A stretch of DNA of 64,000 nucleotides from an uncultured Acidobacteriota bacterium (GCA_963779415.1 CAVZYA010000001.1:160001-224000); one strand, 5' to 3'. Shown: positions 48,155-58,854, counted from the first letter of the stretch. Numbers and translations: made by a program. The notes: generated from the letters alone by a model not told the origin.

Positions 48155-49149
48155 ATGAGCGCGTTCCTCCGGCGCGCCCCTCCTCTCGGTGCGGCATCTC
48201 ACCGTGACGTTTCCTCTCGCGTCGGGCGAAGAAGCCCGTGTCGTGGACGGCATCTCGTTCGACGTGGCGGCCGGGGAGGTCGTGGCCCTCGTGGGGGAGT
48301 CGGGGTGCGGAAAGAGCGTCACGTCGCTCGCCCTCCTCGATCTCGTCCCGGCGCCGGGCCGGGTCGTCTCGGGAGAGGTTCTCTTCGAGGGAACCGACGT
48401 CCTCGGCGCGGCTCCGCGCGAGCAGAGTGCGCCTGCGCGGCGGCGGGATCGGCCTCGTCTTCCAGGAGCCGGGAAGCGCGCTCGACCCCGTACGGACGAT
48501 CGGCTCGGAGCTGGTCGACGTCCTCAGGCGGCATCGCGGGCTTTCTCGCCGCGAGGCCCGCGTCGCGGCGGTCGACTGGCTCCGGCGCGTCTCGCTTCCG
48601 GATCCCGAGCGGCGATTCGACGACCTGCCTCACCGGATGTCCGGAGGGATGCGCCAGCGGGCGATGATCGCCCTGGCGCTCGCCGGCGGACCGCGACTTC
48701 TCGTGGCCGACGAGCCGACGACGGCGCTGGACGTGACGATCCAGGCGCAGATCCTCGACCTTCTCCGGGACCTCCGGCGCGACCTCGGCCTCGCGATTCT
48801 CCTCATCACCCACGACCTCGGGGTCGTCGCGGAGACGGCCGACCGCGCCCTCGTGATGTACGCGGGGGAGATCGTCGAGAGCGCGCGCTCCGGCGACCTC
48901 TTCCGGCGTCCGGCGCACCCTTACACGAAGGGACTCCTCGCGTCGCGCCCCGACGCGGACGGGAAGCTGCGGGCTCTGCTTCCGGCACGGTTCCCCGAGG
49001 CGGGAAGCCGCCCGGGCGGATGCGCCTTCGAGCCGCGCTGCCCGTCCGCCTTCGGTCGCTGCCGGGCCGCCCGCCCGTCGCTCCATCCCGTCGGAGGGAG
49101 CGCATCGGAGTCCGCCTGTTTTCTTCAGGACGAGGGACCCGCCGAATGA
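48155..49149 (+). CDS. Oligopeptide ABC ATPase OppD/DppD-like (frameshifts near 48160 and 48425)
   Basis: GESGCGKS in one frame; [30 protein letters not shown] and CAFEPRC in another. Confidence 0.85.
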
Positions 49150-50141
49150 CCGCCCCTCCGCTTCTCTCCGTGCGCGACCTCCACCGCGACGTTCGTCGAG
49201 TCGCGAGGGCCGTTCCGGCGCCCGGCGCGGGTCGCGGCCGTGAACGGCGTCTCGTTCGATCTCGCCGCCGGGACGACGCTCGCCCTCGTGGGGGAATCGG
49301 GCTCGGGGAAGAGCACGACCGCCCGGCTGATCCTTCGACTCCTCGAGCCGGACCGCGGGACCGTCCTCTTCGACGGCATCGACTGGCTCGCCCTGCCGCC
49401 GCGCGAGCTGAACCGCAGGCGGCGCGAGGTGGGAGTCGTCTTCCAGGATCCGGCCACCTCGCTCGATCCCCGGATGACCGTCTTCGAGATCGTCGCCGAG
49501 CCGCTCGAGATCCACGGCCTCGCCCGGGGCCGGGGCACGACGGGACCGCGTGGCGGCGCTCCTCGAGGCGGTCGGGCATCCCCTCCGCCGCGCTCGCGAA
49601 GACGTCCGCGCGAGTTCTCCGGAGGGCAGCGGCAACGGATCGCGATCGCCCGGGCTCTCGCGACGGAGCCGCGACTCGTCGTCCTCGACGAGCCGGTCTC
49701 CGCCCTCGACGTCTCGATCCGCGCCCAGGTCGTGAATCTCCTCGGCGATCTTCAGGAGAAGACGCCGTCGCGCCCGGCCTACCTCTTCATCGGTCACGAC
49801 CTCTCGCTCGTCCGGGCGATCGCGGATCGGTCGCCGTCATGTACCTCGGGCGAATCGTCGAGGCCGGGCCGACCTCGCGCGTCTTTTCCGTTCCGCGCCA
49901 TCCCTACACGGCGCTTCTCCTCGCTTCCCAGCCCCGTGAAGCGCCTCCGGAAGGGCCCGAGCAGTCGCCGCGTCTCCGGGCGGGGGGCGAGCCCCCTTCG
50001 CCTGCGGACCCCCCGCCGGGATGTCCGTTCCATCCCCGCTGCCCTTCGGCCCGCGGGACCTGCCGGGAGGGGTACCCCGGAGAGGAGGATCTGGGAGGGG
50101 GCCACCGCGTTTCGTGTTTCTATCCTCTGCAGGGGGCGTGA
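49146..50141 (+). CDS. Oligopeptide ABC ATPase OppF/DppF-like (several frameshifts)
   Basis: GESGSGKST, FQDP, FSGGQRQR, DEPVSALDVS, VMYLGRIVE, HPYT and GCPFHPRC distributed over three frames. Confidence 0.82.
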   Translation: MTAPPLLSVRDLHRDVRRVARAVPAPGAGRGRERRLVRSRRRDDARPRGGIGLGEEHDRPADPSTPRAGPRDRPLRRHRLARPAAARAEPQAARGGSRLPGSGHLARSPDDRLRDRRRAARDPRPRPGPGHDGTAWRRSSRRSGIPSAALAKTSARVLRRAAATDRDRPGSRDGAATRRPRRAGLRPRRLDPRPGRESPRRSSGEDAVAPGLPLHRSRPLARPGDRGSVAVMYLGRIVEAGPTSRVFSVPRHPYTALLLASQPREAPPEGPEQSPRLRAGGEPPSPADPPPGCPFHPRCPSARGTCREGYPGEEDLGGGHRVSCFYPLQGA

Positions 50142-50160
50142 CGGCCAACCTGCCTCCGGA

Positions 50161-50186
50161 CAAAACTTTTCCTCTCTGTTCCCGTA
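50161..50186 (+). promoter_or_regulatory. Putative ECF (SigW-type) promoter for tolC-yip1-ABC
   Basis: CAAAAC-16 nt-CGTA, with TTTT right after the -35; compare B. subtilis SigW TGAAAC-N16-CGTA. Confidence 0.55.
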
Positions 50187-50239
50187 CTATTCGGCGTGGC
50201 GTTCTGTTGCCCCACCGTCTCCGGCTCCAGGAGGATCAC

Positions 50240-51907
50240 GTGAATCGAAAGTGTGTCGCGGGGTCCCGCGCGCTCCGGACCGCCCCGGGGGGCGCGTTCT
50301 CGTCCTTCTCGTCTCGCTTGCCCTCGTTCTGCCGGGCGCCGCCCGCGCGGCCGACGCGGTCTCCGTGCCGATCGCCACGGGCGCCCGGAAGCCCGAGCCG
50401 CTTCCGCCGGGCGAGAAGATCGAGCTGTCACTCGAGCAGGCGATCCGCCTCGCGCTGGAGAACACGCTCGACCTCAATGTCTCGTCTTTGACGTACGAGA
50501 AAGCGGCCTTCGGGATCGGGTCCGCGAAGGGCTACTTCGACCCAGGGCTGGAAGTGGACGTGAACGCCAACCGGACGCAGGAGGCCTCCTTTTCGCAAAT
50601 CGCCGCTACCGACACGAAGAGCCAGAACGGGAACCTGATCTTCGGCGGCAACCTCCTGTCGGGCGGGACCTACAACCTGACCTGGGCGAACGCGCGGATC
50701 GACTCCCAGATCCCCGGCTTCACGCTCTTCAATCCGAGGTGGACCTCGGCCCTCACCGTCGGAGCCACGCAGCCGCTCCTCCGGAACTTCGGCAAGACGG
50801 TGACGAACCGGCTCGTGGTGCAGGCTCAGTACGGCCGGGACACGTCGGCCTGGGCGTTCGTGACGGCCGTCCAGACGGCCGTCCAGCTCGTCGACGGCGC
50901 GTACTGGGATCTCGCGTACGCCCGCGCGCTTCTTACGGCGCGTCAGGAAGCCCTCGCCATCGCGAAAGACCTCAACCGGATCACGCAGATCAAGATCGAC
51001 GTCGGGACGCTGGCCCCCATCGACATCGTCCAGACCGAGGTGACCGTCGCCCAGCGCGAGCAGGACATCATCACCGCCGAAGGGCAGATCGGCGACGCCG
51101 AGGACCGGCTGAAGCGCCTTCTCAACGTCCGGAACCTCCCGGACTGGCAGCGTCCGATCGTCACGACGGAAGTTCCGACGGCCGAGCCGATCCCGGTGCA
51201 GGTCGAGGACGGTATGAGACAGGCCCTCCAGACCCGTCCCGAGATCCGGCAGGCGCTGCTCGACATCGAGTCGAAGAAGCTGACGCTCGTCTACAACAAG
51301 GACCAGCTGAAGCCCCGCCTCGATCTCGCCGCCTCGTACGGGTACTCCGGCCTTGGCGCGCAGGGGAGTTACACGTTCCCGGACGGGTCGACCATCGAAC
51401 GCGTCTACAACGATGCCCTCTCCAGCATCTTCAACCGCGACTACCCGGCCTGGACCGTCGGGCTGACCTTCGTGATCCCCATCTTCAACCAGACGGCGAA
51501 GAACAACGCGGCCATCGCCTCTTCCGACCTCGAGCTGTCACGCACGAATCTCGTACCTCGCGAAGCAGAACCTCTGGCTCGAGGTGCGGACGGCCGCCCG
51601 GGGCGTCGACACGGCCCTCAAGACGGTCGTGGCGGCGAAGAAATCGCGCGAGCTGGCCGAACGGAACCTCGACGCCGAGAAGAAGAAGTTCGAGAACGGC
51701 ATGTCGACGACCTTCCAGGTCTCGTCGATCCAGAACGACCTGACGAACGCCCGGGCCGTCGAGCTGCAGGCTTACGCGACGTACCTGAAATCCCGGACGG
51801 CCTGGCACAAGGCGATCGGCGACATTCTCGACTGGAAGAACGTGAAGCTCGAAGGGCTGCCGGTCTCGCTTGCCCCGGTCGCCGCCGAGGAGCCGGCCTC
51901 GAAGTAG
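50240..51907 (+). CDS. TolC family outer membrane efflux protein (frameshifts near 50290 and 51555)
   Basis: SD AGGAGG before GTG 50240; LSLEQAIRLALEN, TQPLLRNFG, AYWDL, RPEI, AEKKKFENGMSTTFQV. Confidence 0.87.
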
Positions 51908-51920
51908 GGAGGGAAGCCTC

Positions 51921-52667
51921 ATGACCGAGACGACCGCGGCCGCGCCCGACGCATCGGCGATCTCCCCGGTCGGGGCCCTCGTCGGCACCTTCTCGAACCC
52001 CGCCGAGACGTTCCGGCGGCTCGTCGCGAGCCCCACCTGGTGGCTGCCGTTCCTCGCGACCGTTCTTCTGACGACGGGCCTTTTCCTTCTCTCGGCGCCG
52101 AAGCTCGACTGGGACAAGACGATCCGCGACGCGATGGAGAAGCGGGCGGCGAAGACGGGGCAGACCCTTCCGCCGGAGGTCGTGAACCGGCAGATCGAAC
52201 AGAGCAGGAAGATGACCGGGGTCTTCCTCGGCTTCGCGCTCGGCTTCACCGTCCTCGGCTTCTTCTTCGTCGGGCTCGTCTTCTGGGGCGCGGCCCGGGC
52301 GATGGGAGCCGATGCGCGCTATGCCCAGCTCCTCGCCATCTGGGCGCACGCGTCGCTTCCGAACGTCGTGGGGGGGCTCTTCGCGATCCCGCTCATCGCC
52401 ACGCTCCCGGACGCCTCGGCGACCCAGGCGTCGCTTCAGGGGATCCTCCGCTCGAACGTCGGGGCGTTCCTCGCGGAGGACGCGCCGGCGGCTCTCTGCT
52501 CCGTCCTCGGCTCCCTCGATCTCTTCTCCTTCGCCGTCCTCGCGCTCCTCGTCGTCGGTTTCCGGAAACTCCCCGGCCTTTCGAAGGGGGCGGCCACGGC
52601 GATCCCGATCGTCCTCTGGCTGGTTTACGTCGCCGGGAAGACGGCCTGGATGGCCGTCTTCGGCTGA
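51921..52667 (+). CDS. Yip1-domain membrane protein (YknW-like)
   Basis: [11 protein letters not shown]...WWLP, multi-TM, SNVGAFL, DLFS. Confidence 0.8.
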   Translation: MTETTAAAPDASAISPVGALVGTFSNPAETFRRLVASPTWWLPFLATVLLTTGLFLLSAPKLDWDKTIRDAMEKRAAKTGQTLPPEVVNRQIEQSRKMTGVFLGFALGFTVLGFFFVGLVFWGAARAMGADARYAQLLAIWAHASLPNVVGGLFAIPLIATLPDASATQASLQGILRSNVGAFLAEDAPAALCSVLGSLDLFSFAVLALLVVGFRKLPGLSKGAATAIPIVLWLVYVAGKTAWMAVFG

Positions 52668-52677
52668 AGGGATCGCG

Positions 52678-53430
52678 ATGTTGATCGAGATGCAGGAGAT
52701 CGAGAAGACCTACACCGTCGGGGAGGAGAAGGTCCGGGCCCTTCGCGGCGTGACCTTCTCGGTCGAGCGGGGCGAGTACGTGGCGATCATGGGGCCGTCC
52801 GGCTCGGGGAAGTCGACCCTGATGAACCTGATCGGCTGCCTCGACACGCCGACGGCGGGGAAGTACCGGCTGAACGGCGCGCCGGTCGAGGAGATGAACG
52901 ACGACCAGCTCGCGAAGGTCCGGAACCGGGAGATCGGGTTCGTCTTCCAGACCTTCAATCTTCTCGCGCGGACGAACGCCCTCGCGCAGGTGGAGCTTCC
53001 CCTGATCTACGCGGGACTCCCGCGCAAGGAGCGGCGCGACCGCGCGGTGCGCGCCATCGAGCAGGTCGGCCTGACGGACCGGATGCTCCACAACCCGAAC
53101 GAGCTTTCGGGCGGCCAGCGTCAGCGTGTCGCGATCGCCCGGGCGCTCGTGACGGGGCCGTCGCTCCTTCTCGCCGACGAGCCGACGGGGAACCTGGACT
53201 CGCAGACGGGCGAGGACATCATGAGGCTCTTCCGGACGCTCAATGAGTCTGGCAACGCGATCATCATCGTCACGCACGAAGAGGACATCGCGGCGCACGC
53301 CCGGCGGATCATCCGGATCCGGGACGGCAGGATCTCCGACGACCGCCCGAACGACTCGAGCCGCGCCGAGGCCGTCGCCCGCGCCAAGCGCCAGGCCCTC
53401 GAGGGCGCGGACGTCCCGCCGGCGGCCTGA
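52678..53430 (+). CDS. MacB/LolD-type ABC ATPase (YknY-like)
   Basis: [51 protein letters not shown]. Confidence 0.94.
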   Translation: MLIEMQEIEKTYTVGEEKVRALRGVTFSVERGEYVAIMGPSGSGKSTLMNLIGCLDTPTAGKYRLNGAPVEEMNDDQLAKVRNREIGFVFQTFNLLARTNALAQVELPLIYAGLPRKERRDRAVRAIEQVGLTDRMLHNPNELSGGQRQRVAIARALVTGPSLLLADEPTGNLDSQTGEDIMRLFRTLNESGNAIIIVTHEEDIAAHARRIIRIRDGRISDDRPNDSSRAEAVARAKRQALEGADVPPAA

Positions 53431-53452
53431 GTTCCCCGGGGCGACCTCTCGC

Positions 53453-53743
53453 CTAGAGACCGAGAATGAAGACGGGCGCGAGCGCGGCGAGCGCGGCGCC
53501 GACTTGCAACGCCAGCACCCGCAGCGCCTGCCTTGGACTCCGCGGTAGCCACGTGATCGCGAAGAACGCGACGATCGGGATCTGTGCCGCCATGAGGAAC
53601 TGCCAGAGATGGGCGGCGGTCCCCTCGTCGGCCTCGCGGGCAACGCCGAAGATGGCGACGTGAACGAGCACCGTGGCGAGGGCGGCGAACGACATTGCCA
53701 GTGGGAGAAACGCGCTCGGCTTCTTCAGTTCGGAAATGTCCAT
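53453..53743 (-). CDS. Small membrane protein (about 3 TM)
   Basis: SD GGGAGG, ATG 53743; LKKPSAFLPLAMS...DEGTAAHLWQFLM; upstream TACAAT. Confidence 0.75.
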   Translation of the reverse strand: MDISELKKPSAFLPLAMSFAALATVLVHVAIFGVAREADEGTAAHLWQFLMAAQIPIVAFFAITWLPRSPRQALRVLALQVGAALAALAPVFILGL

Positions 53744-53889
53744 CCGGCGACCTCCCGTGGCGGTCCGGATTGTATCTTGACGAACGACTACGCCGGCGTC
53801 GACGCGCCGGCGGAGTCCTATCCCCGCTTGGGCCGGGCTCGCTCCGCCGCCGGCCTGGGCGCCCCGGACGGCAATCGGAGCCGTCTCGA

Positions 53890-55701
53890 TCAAGGTTTGC
53901 GCCGCGCGATGAATGTGCCGCCCGGCTCCCGGAACTCGAGCTCCGTGATGGGATTCCCGTCGTCCTCTCTGAAAACTACGGTGGTCATCGGATCCTCCTT
54001 GATGATGAACTCGCCGCCAGGAGCCGGCATGAGGTGAAACGGCGATTCTCCGGCCAGCCTTAGCTCGAGACGACTCCCCGCCAGGTCAATCCTGACGGCC
54101 CGCTTGTCCTCCAGCTCGTAGTCTCCCTCGAATCGGGTGAGGAACGCGGGGTCAAGAAAGCGGGTCGCAGGCTTCCTCGTGAAGACGATATCTCTTACCC
54201 GCGGCTCGAAGGGCACATCGACGGCGGCGACGTTGCCTCGCTGATCCGTCTGGAAGAGGAACTTCATGTCTTCGAGGCGGTGGTCGCCGTCCGTGCTCGT
54301 TCCGCCATTCCAGACGTCGTAATGCCAGTGCGAGAGCGGTACTGTCATCGCGTTGTAGGTCGCTTCGAGGTGATCGCCCTGCACGCAAACGCGGAGCAAC
54401 CCATAGCCGGAATTCTCGTAATCCCCTTCGTACTCGGATAAGACATGCGAGGGACCGGTTCCGGGCTTTCGGCCGACGTCCTTTCGGGTTTCGGTCGCGT
54501 CGATCGCGGTGCGTCGCGCCGATCGGGTGCCGAGAGCCTCGCCGATCCAGTCGACGGTCGGGAGGCCCAGGAGCCGGTCGATTGTTTCGCGAGCGAGGAG
54601 CGTGTGAACGGTATCGGCGTGATCCTTGTTCATGAGGATAACGATGGCGATGCCATCCGTCGGCAAGAGAGCCACACGGGACGTGAATCCGTTGATGTTT
54701 CCCGTCTGGCCCACGATCCGGTGACCGCGATAGAGACACGTGTCCCACCCCATCGCATACGCCGTCGCCGTGGCCTCGAGACAGTCGCCTCCTCCGTCCA
54801 TGACCATCTGGGACGAGTGGATTTCCGCAAGGGTCGCCGGACCGATCAGCTGCCTGCCGGGAGCCTTGCCGCCCGTCAGGTGAGCGAGCATCCATTTCGA
54901 CATGTCATTGGCTGAGGAGTAGATTCCGCCGGCCGGATTGATCAGCGGGTCGACGTATCGGCGGACGGGGCGGAGTGCGCCATGCTCCTCCTTGTACGGT
55001 TTGGCCAGAGCGGCGTCCGCCGGCGCGTCTGCCACGGAACAGATCGATTTTTCCATTCCGAGCGGTGCGAAGATGCGCTGCCGTACTTCCCTCTCCCAGC
55101 TGCTCCCGGTGGCCGTTTCCAGCACGGCGCCGGCCGCAATGAACATGAGATTGTTGTATTCGCCTCTCGTCCGCAGGGAGCTGTCGGACTCCAGGAATCG
55201 AAGCCGCCGTACCAGCTCTCGCCGGGAGAGCGAGGAATTGCGATACCAGACCAGGTCGTGGCGGGGCAGGCCTGACCGATGGGTCACCATGTCCCGGAGG
55301 GTCAGCTGCTGCGTCGCGAACTCATCCGACATCTCGAAGCCCGGAATCCGGGTCCTGACGGGTGCGTCCCAGTCGAGCGTTCCTTCGTCCACGAGCTGGC
55401 CGATCAGAAACGTCGTGAATGTCTTCGCGTTGGACGCGATCGCGAAAAGTGTGTCGGGGGTTACCGGGAGCTTCTGGTCGACGTCCCGGTAACCGAAGCC
55501 CCTCGCGTCAACGGCACCGTCCGCCCGGACGATGGCGAGAGCCATTCCGGGAATGTTCCAGCCGCGCATGGCCTTTTCGACGAGCGCGTCGAGATCGGCC
55601 AGCGCCTCCGACGGAGGCGTCGCTGACAGGTGCGGCGGGGGGACGACGAGCAGGAGGAGGACGATGAGAAAAGCCGCTCGCACGGTCCGGGCGGCCATCA
55701 T
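53890..55701 (-). CDS. Secreted serine hydrolase (beta-lactamase class C family, DUF3471-type tail)
   Basis: Signal peptide; FAIASNAK (SxxK), THRSGL, EYNN (YxN), PAGGIYSS, QTGNING. Confidence 0.9.
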   Translation of the reverse strand: MMAARTVRAAFLIVLLLLVVPPPHLSATPPSEALADLDALVEKAMRGWNIPGMALAIVRADGAVDARGFGYRDVDQKLPVTPDTLFAIASNAKTFTTFLIGQLVDEGTLDWDAPVRTRIPGFEMSDEFATQQLTLRDMVTHRSGLPRHDLVWYRNSSLSRRELVRRLRFLESDSSLRTRGEYNNLMFIAAGAVLETATGSSWEREVRQRIFAPLGMEKSICSVADAPADAALAKPYKEEHGALRPVRRYVDPLINPAGGIYSSANDMSKWMLAHLTGGKAPGRQLIGPATLAEIHSSQMVMDGGGDCLEATATAYAMGWDTCLYRGHRIVGQTGNINGFTSRVALLPTDGIAIVILMNKDHADTVHTLLARETIDRLLGLPTVDWIGEALGTRSARRTAIDATETRKDVGRKPGTGPSHVLSEYEGDYENSGYGLLRVCVQGDHLEATYNAMTVPLSHWHYDVWNGGTSTDGDHRLEDMKFLFQTDQRGNVAAVDVPFEPRVRDIVFTRKPATRFLDPAFLTRFEGDYELEDKRAVRIDLAGSRLELRLAGESPFHLMPAPGGEFIIKEDPMTTVVFREDDGNPITELEFREPGGTFIARRKP

Positions 55702-56765
55702 CTCGCTTTCCCCGCGGCCGCCAGGTACTCATCCAGAGTCTTCTGAAGTTCTGCCCGGTCGTGAGGATCGGCAAGACGGACGGCGCGGCGCTGCGCGTCA
55801 ATCGTTCCTGTCCACTCCCCCTGTGCGGAGCAGACCCGTGCGAGCGTCGCTGCGGTGCTGGCGTTGGATTCGCCGGCGAGGGCGTCCGCTCGTTCCGCGC
55901 AGAGGCGAGCGAGATCGAGGTCGCGAGGTTGAAGATCCAGCTTGGGGTCGAGGACCATCTCCGCGAGCCGGACCAGCATGCCGCGGTCGGCCTTCAGAAA
56001 TGTCGCGGCGGCGCGCCGACCAAACGCGGCGGCTCGACCCGGGTCCTTCATCCGATACGCCAGGATCTTGTATTCATGCGCCGCGTAGCCGGCCGCGACC
56101 TGCTCGTCGGCTTGGAGAAGCTCTTGATAGAGCGCATCCCCCTTGGGCCACTCCTCGCGGGCGTAGAACGTCTCGAAGATGCTTGCCACCCGGAGGGCGC
56201 TCGCCCGCCGCTTGTACCTCGTCGCAGCCGCCTGAAGGTCGAACGTTCCGGCGAGAATCGCATCGAGGCTCGCATCCAGCTTCTCGGGATGGCCGATGTA
56301 GGCGATTCGTCCGGTGCGGTCGACAACGAAGCACCAGGGCCAACCTGACGATTGTTCACGGGCCATCCACGATTCGTAGAATTTCCGTCCTTCATCCCAT
56401 GCGATGGCGTAATCGATGTCGTTCTTCTTGTCGACGAGGACCTCTTTCGCCGCGGCGAGCGTGGTTCCGTAAGGGTCGGGTCCGGTCACGCCGATCACGG
56501 TCAGCTGTCTGCGGCTCTCGCGATGCTGCAGCTCGGTCAGATGCTTCATCCCGCCGAGACAAGGGCCGCACCAGGGCGCCCAGACATCGATGACATAGAC
56601 GCGGCCGGGAACGAACGAGGTGATGGGTCTTCCTTTGAGCCATTTCGCGACGTGCAGCGGCGGCGCGGGAGCGCCGACCAGAGGCGCCGTATCGTCGGTA
56701 GTCGCTGCACGGTGAAACGGCTGGATGGCGATCATGCAGGACAAGGCGGCGAGAAACGCCTTCAT
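55698..56765 (-). CDS. TlpA-like disulfide reductase with helical C-terminal domain
   Basis: GAPAPPL...DVWAPWCGPC...GWPWCFVVDRTGRIAYIGHP. Confidence 0.85.
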   Translation of the reverse strand: MKAFLAALSCMIAIQPFHRAATTDDTAPLVGAPAPPLHVAKWLKGRPITSFVPGRVYVIDVWAPWCGPCLGGMKHLTELQHRESRRQLTVIGVTGPDPYGTTLAAAKEVLVDKKNDIDYAIAWDEGRKFYESWMAREQSSGWPWCFVVDRTGRIAYIGHPEKLDASLDAILAGTFDLQAAATRYKRRASALRVASIFETFYAREEWPKGDALYQELLQADEQVAAGYAAHEYKILAYRMKDPGRAAAFGRRAAATFLKADRGMLVRLAEMVLDPKLDLQPRDLDLARLCAERADALAGESNASTAATLARVCSAQGEWTGTIDAQRRAVRLADPHDRAELQKTLDEYLAAAGKAR

Positions 56766-56773
56766 GTGCCCTC

Positions 56774-57907
56774 CTATTCACTCTTTTCCAGGAAGATCTC
56801 GCCATTCGTGGCGGAGACCCGGACGTTGTGTTCCCCGGACCCGACGAGACCGGACGCCCGTTCATGTTTCATCGGAGGTCCGCTGCCGGCGCTCCATTCG
56901 AGCGAGGGCGTCGTCTTCAGGGGCCACGGGCTGTGAATCCGGGGTCGCCCGGCGTACTCCCGCGTGTAGGAGAGTTCGCCTTCGATGGTCAGTCCCCAGT
57001 CCGGGGGGACCTTGAGATGAACGTCCCCGTTCTCCGATGAGATCTTCACGTCCTGGCGGACGCCCGCGCGCCCCGTCACAAGGGTCACCCAGACGTTTCC
57101 GGCCGAAGTGTCCGCCTCCACGCCGGCGCCGATCTCGTGGAGCCGGATGTCGCCGGCGGCCGTCCAGATCTTGACCGGACCGCCGGACCTCATGATCTCG
57201 ACGTCGCCCGCGAAGGTGCGCACATCCGCGCCGTTCGGCGCGTCGCGCAGCTTTACGGGACCGGCGTCCACCCGAATAATGACCGGAGCGCCGGAGTTCG
57301 ATGGGGAGGATGTCCTGGCGTTCGTCGACGTGACACGGCCGCCGGCGGAGATCGCCTGCAGGCCGCCGGGCACGTTCGTCAGGACGACGGCCCCCGCCGC
57401 GGTCCGTACGATGCCGTCGACTTCAGAATCGGCGACCTCGATGGCTCCGGCGAGCGTTTCGAGATGGAGGTGACCCCGGGTATGGGCCACCTGGATCGTG
57501 CCGGCCATTGTCGTTCCCGAGAGGGAACCGATCACGCTCTCGACGACGATCCGGCCGCCGGCGCTGTGAATCGTCGTGCGGAGATTCCGCGGAAGAAGGA
57601 CCGTGACCGAGACGTGAGGAGGCGAGGTCGCGCCGCCGGCGAAGCCCGATGTCACCGTGATGAGATCGCCCGCGCCTTGCAAGGACAGGGTGGCATGCTC
57701 CGCCCCCGGGCCGGTGGCACGACTCGCGACCGTGACGGAGTTGTCCTCGTGGCCGCGCAGGGTAAGGTCGCCTCCCGTCGACATCGTGATTTCGAGGTGC
57801 GCTCCCCGATTGGCGACCGCGCTCTTCTCGATCACGGTCGCCGCCGAGGACGGACTTCCGGAACCGGCAAGAAGCGCGATGTCGAAGAGAAGGACGTACG
57901 GGTTCAT
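56774..57907 (-). CDS. DUF4097-like beta-strand repeat protein
   Basis: Repeated x-T-x-A-G-x-I/V units (TTMAGTI, ETLAGAI, RTAAGAV, RTFAGDV, DTSAGNV), ending ATNGEIFL. Confidence 0.8.
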   Translation of the reverse strand: MNPYVLLFDIALLAGSGSPSSAATVIEKSAVANRGAHLEITMSTGGDLTLRGHEDNSVTVASRATGPGAEHATLSLQGAGDLITVTSGFAGGATSPPHVSVTVLLPRNLRTTIHSAGGRIVVESVIGSLSGTTMAGTIQVAHTRGHLHLETLAGAIEVADSEVDGIVRTAAGAVVLTNVPGGLQAISAGGRVTSTNARTSSPSNSGAPVIIRVDAGPVKLRDAPNGADVRTFAGDVEIMRSGGPVKIWTAAGDIRLHEIGAGVEADTSAGNVWVTLVTGRAGVRQDVKISSENGDVHLKVPPDWGLTIEGELSYTREYAGRPRIHSPWPLKTTPSLEWSAGSGPPMKHERASGLVGSGEHNVRVSATNGEIFLEKSE

Positions 57908-57918
57908 GAGCTCGCCTT

Positions 57919-58854
57919 TCAGTCCGAGTAGGTACTCAGGTAACGCCGGGCGTGAATCAACACCGGCCGGCTCGTCGCGGGGTCACCCGCCTCGAGCGCC
58001 GCCGTAATCCTGCTCGGATCAGTCCGGTACTTGACGAGGCAATCGGTGGCAGCCAGCTTCATCGTGACAGGCGCCTCCGACGACAGGATTCCAAGGAGGG
58101 ACTCGAGGACGGCGGCATCCCGCGGCATTCCGGACAGACGGGTCGTGGCGGCCAGACGCACGGCGGAGCTGGGATCGTTCCGCATCGAGTGGATAAGGGC
58201 GTCTCGAGTCGCGGTGTTTCGGGCGGGATCTGCCAGCTGGACCGCCTTGAGCCTCTGGTAGAGAAGCCCTTCGGCGAGCCAGGGCTGGACGATCTCCCTT
58301 TCGAGGAGGGGGTCGCCGCGATCGAGTCGAAGCCGGATTTCCTGCCCGGCGATGCCGGTGATCTCGACGTGATCACGATCGGAGTCGACAACGCGGATGC
58401 TCGTCAGAAGGTAGGGGGTGCCGTGCCCGCCCGATTTCCCGCCCGGCCGGGCCGCGTCGCGCGCCAGCATGCCGACGATGTCGCGGCCGGGGTCGTTGCC
58501 CGGAGAAAACGGCCGGTGGGCCGCCCCGAGCAGATATCCGACGAGTGCCGCCGCAACCGCTTGACCCGCGTAGACGAACGCCGGATGCAGGCGGAACGCT
58601 CTGCTCGGCGGCTCCGAAGGAAGTCGCCGGTCGAGCACCTCGAGCACCCTCGAACGAACGGCCTCGAGCTCCGTGTCCTCGGCCGTGACCGAGTGTTGCA
58701 TCTCCGCGAGACGGAGAGCGAGATCGAAATCGTCCGAGCATGACACGCACGATCGGTGGTGTGGCGACGTGCGATGAAGGTCGACGAGCGCTTGAACGCT
58801 GTTCCCGGCGGCATCGATGGATCGCTGGAACTCTTTACATTCGGACATGAACAT
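57919..58854 (-). CDS. Zinc-finger anti-sigma factor with TM and HEAT-like repeats
   Basis: HHRSCVSC (HxxxCxxC), TM segment, DPSSAVRLAA and PVTMKLAA HEAT-like units; overlaps the sigma gene end. Confidence 0.78.
   Translation of the reverse strand: MFMSECKEFQRSIDAAGNSVQALVDLHRTSPHHRSCVSCSDDFDLALRLAEMQHSVTAEDTELEAVRSRVLEVLDRRLPSEPPSRAFRLHPAFVYAGQAVAAALVGYLLGAAHRPFSPGNDPGRDIVGMLARDAARPGGKSGGHGTPYLLTSIRVVDSDRDHVEITGIAGQEIRLRLDRGDPLLEREIVQPWLAEGLLYQRLKAVQLADPARNTATRDALIHSMRNDPSSAVRLAATTRLSGMPRDAAVLESLLGILSSEAPVTMKLAATDCLVKYRTDPSRITAALEAGDPATSRPVLIHARRYLSTYSD

Noticed and set aside
49240-51924. Apparent ABC ATPase-TolC fusion (894 aa)
   Set aside because: Produced by frameshifts joining oppF and tolC frames; tolC has its own promoter, SD and signal peptide.
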